A stretch of 64,000 nucleotides of DNA from the human T2T-CHM13v2.0 reference genome, Homo sapiens. This document shows, one piece after another, positions 1 through 15,625 of this stretch. The notes under the pieces are model-generated. The model was given only the letters and a program-made list of their open reading frames with translations. It was not told where the DNA came from and made no database searches. The stretch is from assembly GCF_009914755.1 (NCBI RefSeq), contig NC_060927.1. One strand, given 5' to 3'. The translations under genes and the position numbers were made by a program. Position 1 is the stretch's first letter. Each line of letters starts with the position of its first letter.

Positions 1-1504
1 ACCATAACTGCTAGCCTGCACAAGACTGGATGTACTTCTGCCAGCTGCCATGAGTGAGCATGCTGTATTCCCACAGCTCAGCAGCTGTATGTGATCACAC
101 ATTTGGATTTCTGTCACCCTTTTCTTGTGCTCTCTCTCCATTCTACACTCTGCTCCAACCCCACTGGCCAGCTGCTCCTTACATAGTATGGAAATTGATC
201 TCCCAACCTTATATGAACTGTAAATATTTCCCCCAGTTTATCGTTGGCCTTTTGACCTCACTTAGAATGGTTTTTCAGGTATGAACTTTACCCTCTTTGG
301 GCCTCTGTTCCTTCATTGTAAAATGAAGGGGTGGGGCTAGAATAACTCTACACTCCCTGCCAGCTCTGAGTCTATGACTATTACCTGAGCAAGTAGGAAG
401 CGACTTTGTAACTGGAAGAATTCCCAACTACTGCTCAGAAATGACATATCTCTCTGGGCACCAGGGCACTGCCATGGCCAGTTTTATGACTGCAAGAGTG
501 CTTAGATTTCCATTTTTGGGGCAAAACTTCTTGTCTTTCTGGCTTCTGCGTGTAACCCTCTCCACCTTAGTCACTGTGTTCAGGCCAGTCTTGCCTTCTT
601 TCTTGAACACACCAACCTCTTTCCCACCTCAGGGCCTTTGCACATGCTGGTCCTGACACCAAAAGTGCTTTCTCTAGAAAAAGCTGGCTCCTTGTTGTCA
701 TTCCGGTCTCAGCACAAAGGTCACATTTTCAGAGTGGCCTTCCCTGACCAGCCCACCTAAAGTGCTCCCCTCCCCCCAGTCCTCCTGAACCCTGCGCTTG
801 ATGTCCGTGAGCTCCTACAGGAGGCAGCAGGAACTTGCCCGTATTTTTTAATGGTAGCCCCACGACCAAGGCAGTGCCTGATCCCCACGAGGAGACAAAA
901 CGTTTTAAGCCCCAAAACAACTCCATATAAAACTATTAGTCCTTGTGTGCTTGTCTTCACCGCATTTAATTTCTCATAGACATACTACCATTCCCATATT
1001 TTACTTTCGGCTAATAAATCCTGGCAAGAACAAGGGACTATGCATCTTTTAATTAATAGCTTGAGAGAGAATATATTCTCAGGGGCAGAAGTTTTATTTG
1101 CTCAAATGCTTGGTCTTCAAGCAGTGTGGCCATTTAGAATCTTCTGAGGCTGAGGAGTTCCTCAAGATGTCAGATTAAAAATGAATCCAGATCTATGTTC
1201 AGAAACCCAGTTGCCAGGTTTATATCTGAGCTGTATATTACAACTCTTGTGTTCTTTTTCTGTAATCATGAAAACGTCTAACTGTGTTATTTGTAAAAAA
1301 AATTCTTGGAGCCCTCAGTCTCTCCAAGTTGGGCTAATTCACCAGCAAGTGAAGCTGAGTCCAATCTGAGGCTACAGCCCATCTAGCTATGTTACCAATT
1401 TCTTTCTTATTCCCATTTCCCCTTCTGTCAGCTTTTTTATCCTTTATTTAAAAATTCCTGCCCCTATGATCATTATTTTAAATCAGTGCTAGACGCTAAG
1501 CAGA

Positions 1505-1705
1505 GCTGCATTGCCTAAGGCTAGAGATGGGGAGAGGGAATGGAGTACCAGGGGGCAAAGCAGACCGTGCAGGGTGAGGGGACTGTTTTGTATCTTGACG
1601 ATAGCAGTGATTACACCTTGTATACAAATGCCAAAATTCATCAAACTGTACACTTAAAATTGATGATGTTTATTTTATGTAAGCTATACCTTAATAAAAA
1701 GAAAA
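1505..1705 (+). mobile_element. Old L1M 3'-end fragment
   Basis: Motifs gtatcttga...caaaattcatcaaactgtacacttaaaa...tataccttaataaaa typical of L1MB/ME 3' ends. Confidence 0.7.
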
Positions 1706-1934
1706 AGTGTTCAAAAGATCATGTTTTCACACAAAGTAGGCATGTAATAAATTAATAAAAGAATAATCATTACCACAGTTAAAATATGGTTTAATAATAT
1801 TTTGGGGGGAGCCTAGGTATATGTAATATTTTAAATCTCTTTAACTTAGATTCAGAGAAGACCAAAGCTGATCTCACCAAAATCTCTCCACTCAGTTCTT
1901 CTCTGTTGTTTGGCCAGGTTAGTACCCAAAATAA

Positions 1935-2606
<672 letters not shown>

Positions 2607-5189
2607 TAGAAATTCATTTTTTAAAGAATTTTGGAAATGATGTATTCATTCGACAAACATTTTCTGGGTTCATAATCTATTCTAGGGACACACTTGGTGC
2701 AAATGACTTAATGATAAAAACAGCCAGAGTCCCTGCCCTTAGGGAATTAATAGCCTAGACTAAGGGCCTACAAATGGTCTGTGATAAAGTTCTAAGCCCT
2801 AGTAGGTATAACAAGGGCTCTGGGAATCTGTACTGGTCTATGCTGAGACGTAGGGATTTTTTTTTTTTTGGTCCATGGTGAGAAGTAGGGATTCGCTTTT
2901 ACTTTTTTTTCCATATGGAGAGCCCATTGTTCCAACTCTAAGCGTTGAATATACCAGTCCTTCCTTCATGAATTACTAATGCTACTTCTGTTGTTTCTAT
3001 TTTTTATTTATGGTCTTTCACACAAACTCATTTTGCAATCAAGGAAGATGAAACCTTACGAGGGTTAAATGACTCACTCCTGGTAGATGTTTAACGTCTT
3101 AATATGTTTCTTTGCCCTGGCTGAGATGATCAACCCAGCACGTTCTACTGTCCAGCTGTAGTTTGTAACTATTCTTTGGTATACCAGACCAGAGAATTTG
3201 GGCTTGAGTAATCCCCCACCTGGTGTCCAGCTCATAGTTCAGAGGAAACAACTAAGCTAAAGACACATGATAGGCAAAGCTGAATTTAGCTACCTTTCCA
3301 ACAGGAGGAGATGACTTATATTATAGGCTCTTTTCTAGGGTCACAGCCAAGGACACATCACTCACATGGCTGTCATTTTTAATGATCCCCCTCATCCTAA
3401 CTGATAAATAAGTTAGCTAGAAGGGGTGAACAGGAGCAAGAAGATAATGATTCAACACCTTGTACATACTTGAAATGTGGACTCTCTCCTGACCCCCACC
3501 AATTCTGCCACTCTGGAGGCATTTATTTCGCTGCAATAAAAACAGTGGTAAAATCCCCACTGCTTAAGTAGAGTAACTTGTCAGCTCATTTGATCACAAA
3601 TGCTTGGATCACATCTCTTTCTTTTGCCTCCCCAGGAATTTGGTATTTCATTGGTCTAATATTTCAGAAAATCATTACCCAGGTTCAGAGAAACTTAGAA
3701 ATGCTCCAGATTCTGGTGTGACTTTGAGGCTTTATGGGCTGAAAGGCATCCAAGCTTTCACTAGAGCAGTGCATGGGCTCCTGGGCTTAGGGCATTTGGA
3801 AAAGCTTACAAGGCACAGGCTTGGGCTCCTGAGTCACACACAGCTCTTTTCTTCAGCTCTCCTGCCTCCTGACCTCTCCTTATTAGGACACCTTTGTGAG
3901 CATCTGCCTCACCAGCTCCTTCCTGGGCAGGCAGGGTTGGGGGAAGAATTTCCATTTGTTTTAATCATCATTCATGATTCACCATTCATTAATCACCATA
4001 TCACACATCCCTGTTATTTCTTCTCCCTGCCATCCTATTTCTTTGCAATTCTCGATTCTAGTAAGGGAAACTAATGTAGGGGAGGGAATTCCAGGTGATA
4101 AACACCGGAAGTCATTTTTCTCCCAGATCTGTCAAATACAGTTTAAAAGACTGGCAAAATAACTGGCAACCCGTCTAAAATTTGTAGACGAATTGGAACA
4201 AGTTGCCTCAATTCTGGGTGTGGTTGCCTGTGGGACTCGGCTCTCATTCACCTTCTCTGTCCAAGGAAGATGGACTGAGCAGCTCCCAGCCAGGGCTGGG
4301 CTCAGCCTAGGCACCAGGAGATACATATTAAGATGCATGGTGCCCTGGAGGAGTGCCCAGGATGCCAAGGGAGGCAGACTCAGAAGCCAAGAAGTTTGTG
4401 GCTGCTCAGTCACGGCTTGCATGTGAGTCAGGTTCCACTTATGGCCAAAATAGCCCTGTCCTCTCTTAGGAAGAGGTCACATTGCAGACCAACATTCCAT
4501 TCTCAACAAGTCCAGCAGCTGGTGTTTCCTCCATCCATGGAGCAGATCCCTGCTTTTCAGACTGAGCATCAGATAAGTCGTGATATGCTTTTAGGGGCCA
4601 GGTTTGCAAAATACGTTTCATTAAATTGTGGATGTGCACACCATGAGAGCCCCAGGATGTCCAGCAGATTGGCAAGTTTATACCCTACCTCATATCCACC
4701 CCAAGGGGACACACACACCATTGCAATGATTTCTCCCAACCTTTATTCCCTGCAGGGAGCGAGTGTTGAATTCACACACATTGAATGAACATTTGCCTGT
4801 CTGTTCATTAGACCCAAATAGTAATTTTAGGACACCAGGGAACTTCAAGGTACTCTGAAGACATTGAGGGTCTGCTATCAACCATCTGGGGGTGGTGGTC
4901 AAGGAGGGCTTCACAGAAGGCGTATGACTTAAGATGGGTCTAAAAGAATGGATATGAGTGTGCCAACCAGGAACTGTGAGATGACTGTCAGGAAGGACAG
5001 ATGGAAGGAATAGCAGGTGCAAAGATGCCAAGATATGAAAATCATGGCTTCCTTGGAGCCACTCTGGGGAGTTTGATTTGGCCAGAGTTTTGTTTGGGTG
5101 GGTAGAGGAGGCTGGAGAAGTGGGAAAGGGCTTGGTTGTTGGCCATGGAGTTTGGGCTTCACCCACTGGGACCAGCACACCTTAGCAGC

Positions 5190-5420
5190 TTGGTGTGGTG
5201 GTGAAGAGTACAGATTCTAGAATCAAACTGTCTAGGGTCAATTCCCGGCACTACCACTCACCCAGATGTGCTTCCTTGGGCAAATTCCTTAGCTTCTTGG
5301 TGCCTCACTTTCCTCATCTGCAAACAGGATAATAATGAAATTCCTGTAAGGCCTAAATGAGTTAATACCTACAAAGTGCTTAGAATGGTGCCAGGTAGTC
5401 AATCAATATTGGCTGTTAGT
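5190..5420 (+). mobile_element. MIR
   Basis: Core ttgggcaaattccttagc...cctcactttcctcatctgcaaa...aaagtgcttagaatggtgcc. Confidence 0.75.
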
Positions 5421-5550
5421 ATTGTTGATATTATCAATGATAGCATATTACAACTACTACTAGCAGCGATGGGGCACCATTGAAGGGTGCTAAGCAGACA
5501 ACTATAGCAGCAGTTTGGCTCTGAGTCTAAAGCCTACAGTCCTGGCTGGC

Positions 5551-5699
5551 TGGGTGGGGACTACGTAAGGCAGGCAAAGCACTGAAGAGGCAAACCTTAA
5601 GGAGGCACTCACTGTCAGGGCAGTGCCACTTAAGGAAGCAAGTATGAGTGCCTCCTTAAATTCTGCACACCTTATCTGCCTCACCTAGCCATGGCCCTG
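5551..5699. mobile_element. Palindromic hAT MITE (MER96-like)
   Basis: Perfect internal inverted repeat TTAAGGAGGCACTCA (5597-5611 / 5645-5659); ends ...cctagccatggccctg. Confidence 0.7.
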
Positions 5700-5953
5700 G
5701 CCCTGATCATTGGCTATTAATAGGCCCTTCTACATGTTGACTCATGTGACTCCAGCACCCTCACTGAGACCAGAGAAGTGACCTCCCTTCTCCAAGTTTG
5801 CTGAACTCAGGAGGCAGCTGGGACATTCTGGTTCAACCCTGGCACCTCTGCAGTCTCCACCCACCCAGGGTACCACAATGAGCTGCCCTCATAGAAGCTG
5901 CCAAGGCTGGTCAAGTTACCTAGCAGAAGAGGAGCAACTGCTGCCATTCTTTG

Positions 5954-5973
5954 TCTCTCTCTCTTTCTTTCCT

Positions 5974-6005
<32 letters not shown>

Positions 6006-6138
6006 TTTCTTCTTTCTTTCTTTCTTTCTTTCTTTCTTTCCTTCTTTCTCTCTCTCTCTCTTTCTTTCTTTCCTTCCTTCCTTCCTTCTTTCTTTCCTTC
6101 CTTTCTTCCTTCCTTCCTTCTTCTCTCTCTCTCTCTCT
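5954..6138. repeat. Complex (TC)n/(TTTC)n/(TTCC)n microsatellite, 185 bp of pure pyrimidine
   Basis: Directly visible; no purine on + between 5954 and 6138. Confidence 0.97.
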
Positions 6139-6639
6139 GTTTCTTTTTTTTGTCTACCCTGGAGGTGACAGAAACTGCCATTCTTATTAAGTGAATGCAG
6201 TTGTTGGCTGATTCCAGGAAGTGGGGAGTCACCTCCAACAGAATTCATTCTAACAGTGCCTGCTGTGGGAGGGGTGGGGGTGCCAGATAGTCACATCGCC
6301 AAACTTGGAGTCTTCCTAGTCCAGTGGACCTGAGGCAGTGAGGCCTAAAGGCATAGAGAGACAACTGGTTTAGACACTCAAAATCCACGTGTCATTGACT
6401 TGGCCGGGTCCATTTACAGACTGGTAAATTGAGGTGTAAGTCTTGCCAACAACAGGAAGACCACTGATCTGCCTACCTGGAAATAGTTCATTTCCACCTT
6501 CACATAAGAAAGAACTAGAACATGAATTGCCATTTCAAGGGCTAATCATTCTCTCTTGGATGGGAGAAAAACCTTTGGAATCTAGACACCAGGCCTGTCT
6601 AAATAGTAACAACAACAAACATTTAATGATTCCTTAATA

Positions 6640-6830
6640 TTAGGCAGCCCCGTGCATATGTTTATAAATATTTATAAATCCCCACAACCACTCCATAAAG
6701 TAGGTTCTAATATTAAACCCCATTGTACAGATGAAGAAACTGAGGCTTGGGTAGGTTAAGTAATGTACCCAGGCATATATGATTAATAAGAGGTAGAGAC
6801 AAGTTTTGTGTCCCAGCTCTGACACCGGTG
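6640..6830 (-). mobile_element. MIR
   Basis: cccattgtacagatgaagaaactgaggct...ggttaagtaa core. Confidence 0.75.
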
Positions 6831-8585
6831 CCCGGGGCATGATAAATGACTATTCATCAGAGCTAGCCCCGCCCGAAGAACTCCACACACAACCAGGAAC
6901 TTTCTGATGATGGTGCGTTGTTCTTACCAACAAAGTCAATCAAGGTAGAATGAAGTATTTCCAAGCTGCTGGCTTTCTAGGATATCAAAAGGAAAACATA
7001 TTTGTTTTAAATGGTCCAACAAGCACACTGTATTACTGCAAATCCTCCTTCATGTCAAAGTAATTTGAAAGTATAGTTGGAATTTAAGCTTAAGATTTAA
7101 ATTCCACAGAATTTGAAATGTTTGGGGCGTGGTTGTTCTTTTGTATTGTTCTTTTTTGGCAGTGCCAGGTGTAAGGTTCTAAGAAAGGGAACTGGCATGG
7201 TTCCACTGCTGATGGCTCCACAGCTTCATGAGGTCTGCCCGGGGGGTGTGGGCATGGGAGGTTAATGTGGCTGAGTTAGTGGCAAAAGAAAAGCAGCCAT
7301 GATTCTAGAACAAAGCACTGGGAATGAAAGGCCAGTGCCAAGTTTTAGCAGAAAAGCATGCTATAGAAGCCCTGGCCTGCAGGACTCACTTCTCTAGACA
7401 GCTGTCAATGAGACTCATGGGAAAATCCGATGCAAGTTTGAGTCAATTTCAACCAGGCTTCTGCTTTGGCTTCACAGGAAATGCTTCTTCCTAAAAGAGA
7501 CCTCCATCTGTCCTTCTGGGTATCTGAGCTGTAAAGCCTTTCATCCACTGGTTTGGAAGTCAAGTAGGACCTGCCAGGACCTGCCAATTCCCATTCCCCA
7601 CCCCACTCCTTCCACCTTATTCCCATGGCTGGTTTCAGGAAAGAGCCTGTCAAGACAGCAGGGCAAATCTCTCATTCTCCCTCTGAGAAGTAAAGGGATG
7701 TGAAATGATGGCTGCTTACCAGACTCCCCTAGAAAGAAGCTGGGGCAAGGTACAGCCGTCAGGCCAAGCTGAGGAAATGCTTTCAGGCTACTGTTGCAGG
7801 TCTGGAGAAAGGGATGGGTGGCAGGGCAGGTGACCATCCCATTCCCCAACCCCAACGGCAGGTGCACCTCCCAACTGAAGATACTGTGCCACAGGTGGCT
7901 ACAAGAACTTGCCTGCCATTCTGCCATTATAGGCTCTCCAAAGGAAAGGACCACATTAAACACTGCAGTGATCAGTTAACACCCAGGAAGGATTGGACAT
8001 AGACCCTAGTTTTCAAGAAAGGACCTGGGGAGTGATCAAGCACAACCTCCCACCTGCAGTGGGCCTGAGACACAGGACTGCACTGGGAAGTCAGGGCAGG
8101 GAAGAAGGCCCGAGGGAGTAGGACAAGGGCATGCACAGTGCAGGTGGGAAGTGCAGAGACAACTTGCTGCAAAATGTTGATGAAGGCCGACTCTGGCCAC
8201 ATCTCTCAAGATCATTTTGCCATGAGTTACTGTCATGCCAGGTGCTGGCATACAAAGATGAACAAGGCCGGGCTCCAACTTCCAGAATTATATCCAGTGA
8301 CCTCAGGGCTCAAGAGACATCAGGGTCCCACCCCCTCAGTGAGAGAGACACAAAGTTCCCATTAAAATAGTCTACTATTTCCACAGCTCTTAGATTAATT
8401 ACAGAAGAGAGTAAAATTAAGTTCCAATAGCAACGTTGAAAAGAACCATGTGCACGCTTAGTCAATCCAACTGGTTGGAACAGTTTATCAACACGGGACT
8501 GTTTTATACATTCATTCACTCCCTACTCTTAATTCTCAAGGTCCTTAAGAAAGAAAATGATATGTGATGATGCAAGTTGTTTCTT

Positions 8586-8886
<301 letters not shown>

Positions 8887-9988
8887 AAGTTATTTATTTT
8901 CTAAAGTAACTGAACCATTCCTCAAAAGCAATGCTAGCAGTTCACTGTCTGCAGTGCTTATGCTTTGAATCATTTTTCTAAAGTGGTGACAGGTTTGCAC
9001 AGAACCATCCAAACTCTTCTGTTGCATTTTTCCCTTTTATGATCAAAGACACATGCCATATGAGAGAGGTGGCCCTGTCTGGGTCACAGTCTATATCACA
9101 GTCTGTAGCAAAAGGACACATCTGCGTATAAACCCCTCTGAGACTGAGGCCATCTTAAGGCTCCTTGTCAATCCAAAACACGGACATTAACATTTAATTC
9201 CAGATTGAATCACACCGTATCGGTGAAGGAATGGTTTCCAAGAGGACCACAGAGGTAAGAAAGCTGCATAATAACAGACTTTGAACACGGGAATTGCAGA
9301 ATTAAATAACAAATATAACTCACCTTGTGACCACTGTAAATAATTCATACAAGATGCTAAAATGCCACAAGGCTACTTTAAATCACATTAACATTTTATG
9401 AAATGTTAAAAAGATTTATTTTGTTAAACCTTGAAGTGTGAGTCACGAGGACCATGAAAGTCACTGAGGATCACAAGGATGGCTGGAGAAAAATCAAAGG
9501 AGTGGATTAAAAAACCCATCTGTATGTACACTCAGGGACACACACGCAAAGGCCCACAGCTCCCCTCCCTCACCTGCTAAATGTTTAGAAGTTACTGAAT
9601 TTCCAGTGTCTTTAGTATTCCCTCCAGAGTACCTCATTCCAATGGTCCAACCTTGCCATCAGAGATTAAATAGTTGTTCAAGTTCTTCTGACAAAAAGTC
9701 AGCAGCGGGGTGGTTAAACAAAAATCCACACACAAAAGACTTGATATAAATCCTATTTATATCAAGTTCAAGAAGACAAAACCAATCTGTGCTTGTATGT
9801 CAGAATAGTGAACCTGGGGTGGGGAAGGTGGGCAGGTGATTAGAAAGGGGTAAGAGAGAAAATTCTGCAGTACTAGAATGTTCCAAATCTTGGTAACAAG
9901 ACACACACACACACACAATATGACACACACACACACCTAAAAATTATCCAGCTATACGCTTAAGATTTGGGTGCTTAAGTCTCAATAA

Positions 9989-10435
<447 letters not shown>

Positions 10436-10738
10436 TAAGGTCTCATCCACAGATGGTTCAGTCTCTGCCCTCAAGGTACTAGGTTCTTGCAGGGCTTCAC
10501 GGTTCTTGTTACAACAAATTGTTGTTTGCACAACTCTGAAAATTGAGGAGAAAAACCTGTTGGTCCTTCCTCATGATCTGAACCCTAAGTGCAGTGAGTT
10601 ATGCTCAGGGGAGTTGCTTACAGGTGTTGTCCCTGGGCCTTGTAAGGGGAGGAGCTTCCTTTTTAGCAGAGACAGTCTAGCATTAGAAACCAATAGTATA
10701 TTTACAAAGCTAGCCATAGAATTGGAAGGTATGCTTCA

Positions 10739-11031
10739 TTTTTTTTTTCTTTCAGTGACAGGGTCTCGTTTTGTTGCTCAGGCTGGAGTGCAATGGCACA
10801 ATCACAGCTCACTGCAGCCTTGACCTCCCGGGCTCACGCAATCCGCCCACCTCAGCCTCCTGAGTAGCTGGGACCACCAGCGAATGACACCATGCCTGGC
10901 TAATTTTTTTGTTTTCATTTTTGTAGAGACGGGGGTCTTCCTATGTTGCCCAGGTTGGTTTTGAACTCCTAGGCTCAAGCTTTAGCCTCCCCAAATGCTG
11001 GGATGACGGGTGCATGCCATCGTGCCTGACC
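10739..11031 (-). mobile_element. AluJ
   Basis: Diverged Alu; TSD TATGCTTCA (10730-10738 / 11032-11040). Confidence 0.9.
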
Positions 11032-11149
11032 TATGCTTCACTTCTTTAAAAAAATTTTTTTTATTGTGGTTAAAAAAAAAAACCCAACTCAATAAAATAG
11101 AAAAGGGAAAAAAGCACCTATAAATAAACCCTGCAAATATTTCTTTTTG

Positions 11150-11450
11150 CTTTTTTATTATAGTAAAATATGCATACACAAACTTTATCATTTTAACCGT
11201 TTTAAAGTGTGTAGTTCAGAAGCATTAAGCACATTCACACTGTTGTGCAACCATTACCACCATCCGCCTCTGGAATGTTTTCATTATCCTAAACAGAAAC
11301 CCTGTATCCATTAAATTATAACTCCCATCTCTCCTCTCAACCCTGGTAACCAGCATCCTACTTTGTCTCTATGAATTTGACTACTAATCTAAGTGGAATC
11401 AGACAGTACTTGTCCTTTTGTATCTGGCTTATTTCATTTAGCATAATGTA
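11150..11450 (-). mobile_element. L1MB-type 3'UTR fragment
   Basis: cattttaaccgttttaaagtgtgtagttcag...cattcacactgttgtgcaaccattaccacc...ggcttatttcatttagcataatg. Confidence 0.8.
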
Positions 11451-11598
11451 GGTGAGAATTAATTGCTAATTACTAATTTGGATGCCAACCAAACATTGAC
11501 TAAAACTACATAGCCTCAAATTCATATATATTCACAGTAATCCCCTGGATTACTATGGAAGGGAGGGAGAGAAACTTGTTTAAACAAAAATGATGTCA

Positions 11599-12118
<520 letters not shown>

Positions 12119-12703
12119 GACATATAAAAGAAAACGTTCTTACTTGTCTGAACATAAGCCATGAGCTGCTTAAACTAAAAATAAAGTTCAGTTTAAAATG
12201 AGCTTTTCCAGAAGGTTACATCCGGCTATTTCTACCTTACCATTTGTCATCCCTCAAAGGATAACACTAGAGACGGGGTGGGGTGGTAGTAGGGAAACAC
12301 TTCACTACCAAAATGTTCAGCTCTAGGTTAGTTCAGCCTGCAGCTTTGAAAATCCACTCATGGGGGAGGAACAAAAGGCAGCAGGAGAGGAGGTTCTATT
12401 AAGACAGAGACCTGTTCTGCGGCCCCCATCACCTGACCTCACATGTGTAATACTCCCTGTCTTCTGTGCCTCATCACTTCAGTCACTTGGCTGGGCCACT
12501 AGAAGCCACCTGACCTCTCTGAACCATAAGTTTCTCATCTGCAGCATTTGGCTAAAAACATCAACTGTGCAGAGCTTTTACAAGCATTGGAATGAGACCA
12601 CATGTGCAAAGCCAGGCATGTGGCAGGCCCTCAAAGAGTGATTGATGGCCATGATCATTACCATTCCGACAGAGGGGGCAAAGCCTCTGTGCCACGGCAC
12701 CCA

Positions 12704-13298
12704 GTGGTGGACAGAATTCTAAGATGCCCTCCAGTGACTCACATCCTTGTAGAATCTCTTCCACTTGAGTGTGGGAAGGATGGGATATCACTCGCCTGAT
12801 TAGACCATGTTGAACGGTACTGTTAACTTTAGGAAAGAAAGACTATCCTGGGTGGTTCTGGCCTAATCAGTTGAACTCTTAAAATAGGCTGGGCTTTTCC
12901 TGGAGAAAAGGAGTCGATGTGTGAAAGGAATTCAACATAAGGGAGAGTCTCTGTAGCTAGTATTGAAGATGGAGGGGTCCACATGACAAGGAATGTAGGT
13001 GGTCTCTGAAAGCTGAGAGCAGTGTTGGTTGAAAGCCAGCAAGGAAAGGGAGACATCAGACCTGCAGCCACAAGAACTGGATTCTGCTACAACCAACATG
13101 CTCAGAAGAGCACCACAAGCTCCTGTGGAGAATGTAGCCTGACAACGTCTTGATCTTAGCCTTTTGAGACCTTGTGCAGAGAACCCACCCGTGCTGTACA
13201 TTTCTGGACTTCCGACCTACAGAACTGTGAGCTAACAGGTGTTGTTTTATGACACCAAGTTTCTGGCAATTTGTATGCAGCAATAGAAAACCAATACA
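12704..13298 (+). mobile_element. MaLR MLT1-type solo LTR
   Basis: gtggtggacagaattctaagatg...cacttgagtgtggg...gacctacagaactgtgag...gcagcaatagaaaaccaataca. Confidence 0.8.
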
Positions 13299-13306
13299 GA
13301 ACTCTT

Positions 13307-13658
<352 letters not shown>

Positions 13659-14571
13659 CTAGATGGGGTACCAGGCAGGGAAAGATGGGGTGGTTTTTGT
13701 AGGACCTGCCGAGCTGCTCAAGGAAAGAAGTTTGGACAAATACAAAGTATTGTTTGGGATGCTGAGCCTCCCCTTCTGAGCTGAATTACCAGATGGAAGG
13801 TGTTATATAGATAAGCCAGCCTTTATGAAAATATTATATCAACAAGGATTTCTAAAACATTGGATTTACTGTAAAACTTTAATGTCCAGGTACTGGAAGG
13901 TGACAGGAGGGAGGCAAATAAGTGGGTCAGAGAGAAGGTGATGATATGGCCAAGAGAGTTTGGCTGGGACCAAGTGTTTGCCCTGAAGCCCAGCTAGAGA
14001 AGAGCAGTGGTAAGAGACGCGTTTCAGCTTGTACCATTCAACACCAGCAGCAGAGAGGAGTGCTGGAGTTTTTTGTCCTAAACACCACTCTGACTGTCCA
14101 CCTTTCCCTTTACACTAGTGAGGGGGCTGCAGTGGCTCCAGAAAATGTTCTGTCGGTAGGAAAGAGGCTAGCAGCCCTCCAAGACAGAAGTCTCTCCCTA
14201 GCGTGGGCCCTTCCTTGGCCTGTAATCTTGCCTCTGAGTCCCCCAAACTCTTCCTCATTAATCACAAGCCCTGGGCAATCAATCAGGAAGAGCATCTGCT
14301 CCTCCTCCATCTCCGATGTCCTCACCACCTCCGTCACTGCCTTTACTTCCGATACTTTGGCAGCAATCCATCCTCTGCTTCACTGTGGTCTGAAGGATGA
14401 CCACCAGCTGACTCACTCCCTGCTCCTTTCTTGCTGCCCTGGAAGGACAGATTGCAGCACCCACCCACGGCAGCCAGGGTGTGAGAGGAAGTGACCATTT
14501 GGGATGTCAGCTTCCCCACTGAGCAAGGGGAGAAACCCATGTTTTTGAGGCCTTAGATCTACTTCTTTCTT

Positions 14572-14844
14572 TTTTTTTTTTTGAGATGGAGTCTCAGTGC
14601 AGTGGTGCGATCTATGCTCACTGCAAGCTCCGCCTCCGGGGTTCACATCATTCTCCTGCCTCAGCCTCCTGAGTAGCTGAGACTACAGGCGCCCGCCACC
14701 ACACCCAGCTAATTTTTTGTATTTTTAGTAGAGACGGGGTTTCACCGTGTTAGCCAGGATGGTCTCGATCTCCTGACCTCGTGATCTCCCCGCCTTGGCC
14801 TCCCAAAGTGCTGGGATTACAGGCGCGGGCCACCGCGCCCGGCC
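14572..14844 (-). mobile_element. AluY with a ~19-bp internal deletion
   Basis: accgtgttagccaggatggtctcgatctcctgacctcgtga Y diagnostics; TSD AGATCTACTTCTTTCTT (14555-14571 / 14846-14862). Confidence 0.93.
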
Positions 14845-15260
14845 CAGATCTACTTCTTTCTTAACTGCAAAGCCCCAACCTCTTGATCACTCAGGGGACT
14901 TGACTGGGGAGTGTGGGTGTATTGCCATCCCAGAGGCCAGGGCAGCCAACCAGAAATACATCCCTCAGTTTAAACCTTCTGTTTTAGGGACCAGGGATTA
15001 ACACCATTTTTGTTGTTGCTGTTGTTGTGTCCAGCAATCTTAAAGTGGGGGACGGGAGAGCAAACCACACAGCCTGAGATGGCAAACAGGTTTCTGAATG
15101 AAGCCCTTGCAAGCGACCACAAGCCAGGTCAATAACATGATTCCACAGCAAACCAGGCAGCCCAGGATAAACAGATCAGCAACACAACGTGGCACACTCC
15201 AGGAGATCTTTGGGGCCAGACACATGCCTTCCTCACCCAGAGGGCCCAGGGCAGCTTCCA

Positions 15261-15565
15261 GGAGGTATTATGTCAATGAGGATGTCCATTACAGACAGCT
15301 CTCCAAAATAACCTACATCAGAAGTTGGTTACCTTTGAAAGGTGTTATGTCAATGAGGAAGGCCATTATAGAAGATACTATATCAACAAGGATAGTCATG
15401 GTAGAAGATACATTCACAAGGGTGACTGCAGTAAAAGGTATAGATGTGGAAGGTGTTAAGTCAACGAGGACAGCCATTATAAAAGGTGTTTGGGCATCAT
15501 AATGAAGTTACAAGAACAAGGACAGTCATTACGGAAGGCGTTACATCAACTAGGATGGTCATTAT
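15261..15565. repeat. Degenerate ~33-bp tandem array (~7 units)
   Basis: Units like gaaggtgttatgtcaatgaggaaggccattata start at 15261, 15338, 15371, 15404, 15449, 15503 and 15533. Confidence 0.8.
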
Positions 15566-15625
15566 TGGCAACAAGACAGTGTCAATGTTGGGACCAGCCA
15601 GTGATCTTAAGATGAATATACCAAA

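Noticed and set aside
1-400. CDCP1 exon 2 near the left edge
   Set aside because: No minus-strand frame matching the expected continuation was seen; the exon likely lies outside the window.
5807-6248. K/E/R-rich and F/L/S-rich ORFs
   Set aside because: Translations of the microsatellite.
13922-14494. 190-aa + strand ORF
   Set aside because: GTG start, no homology recognised, no supporting promoter or splice structure.
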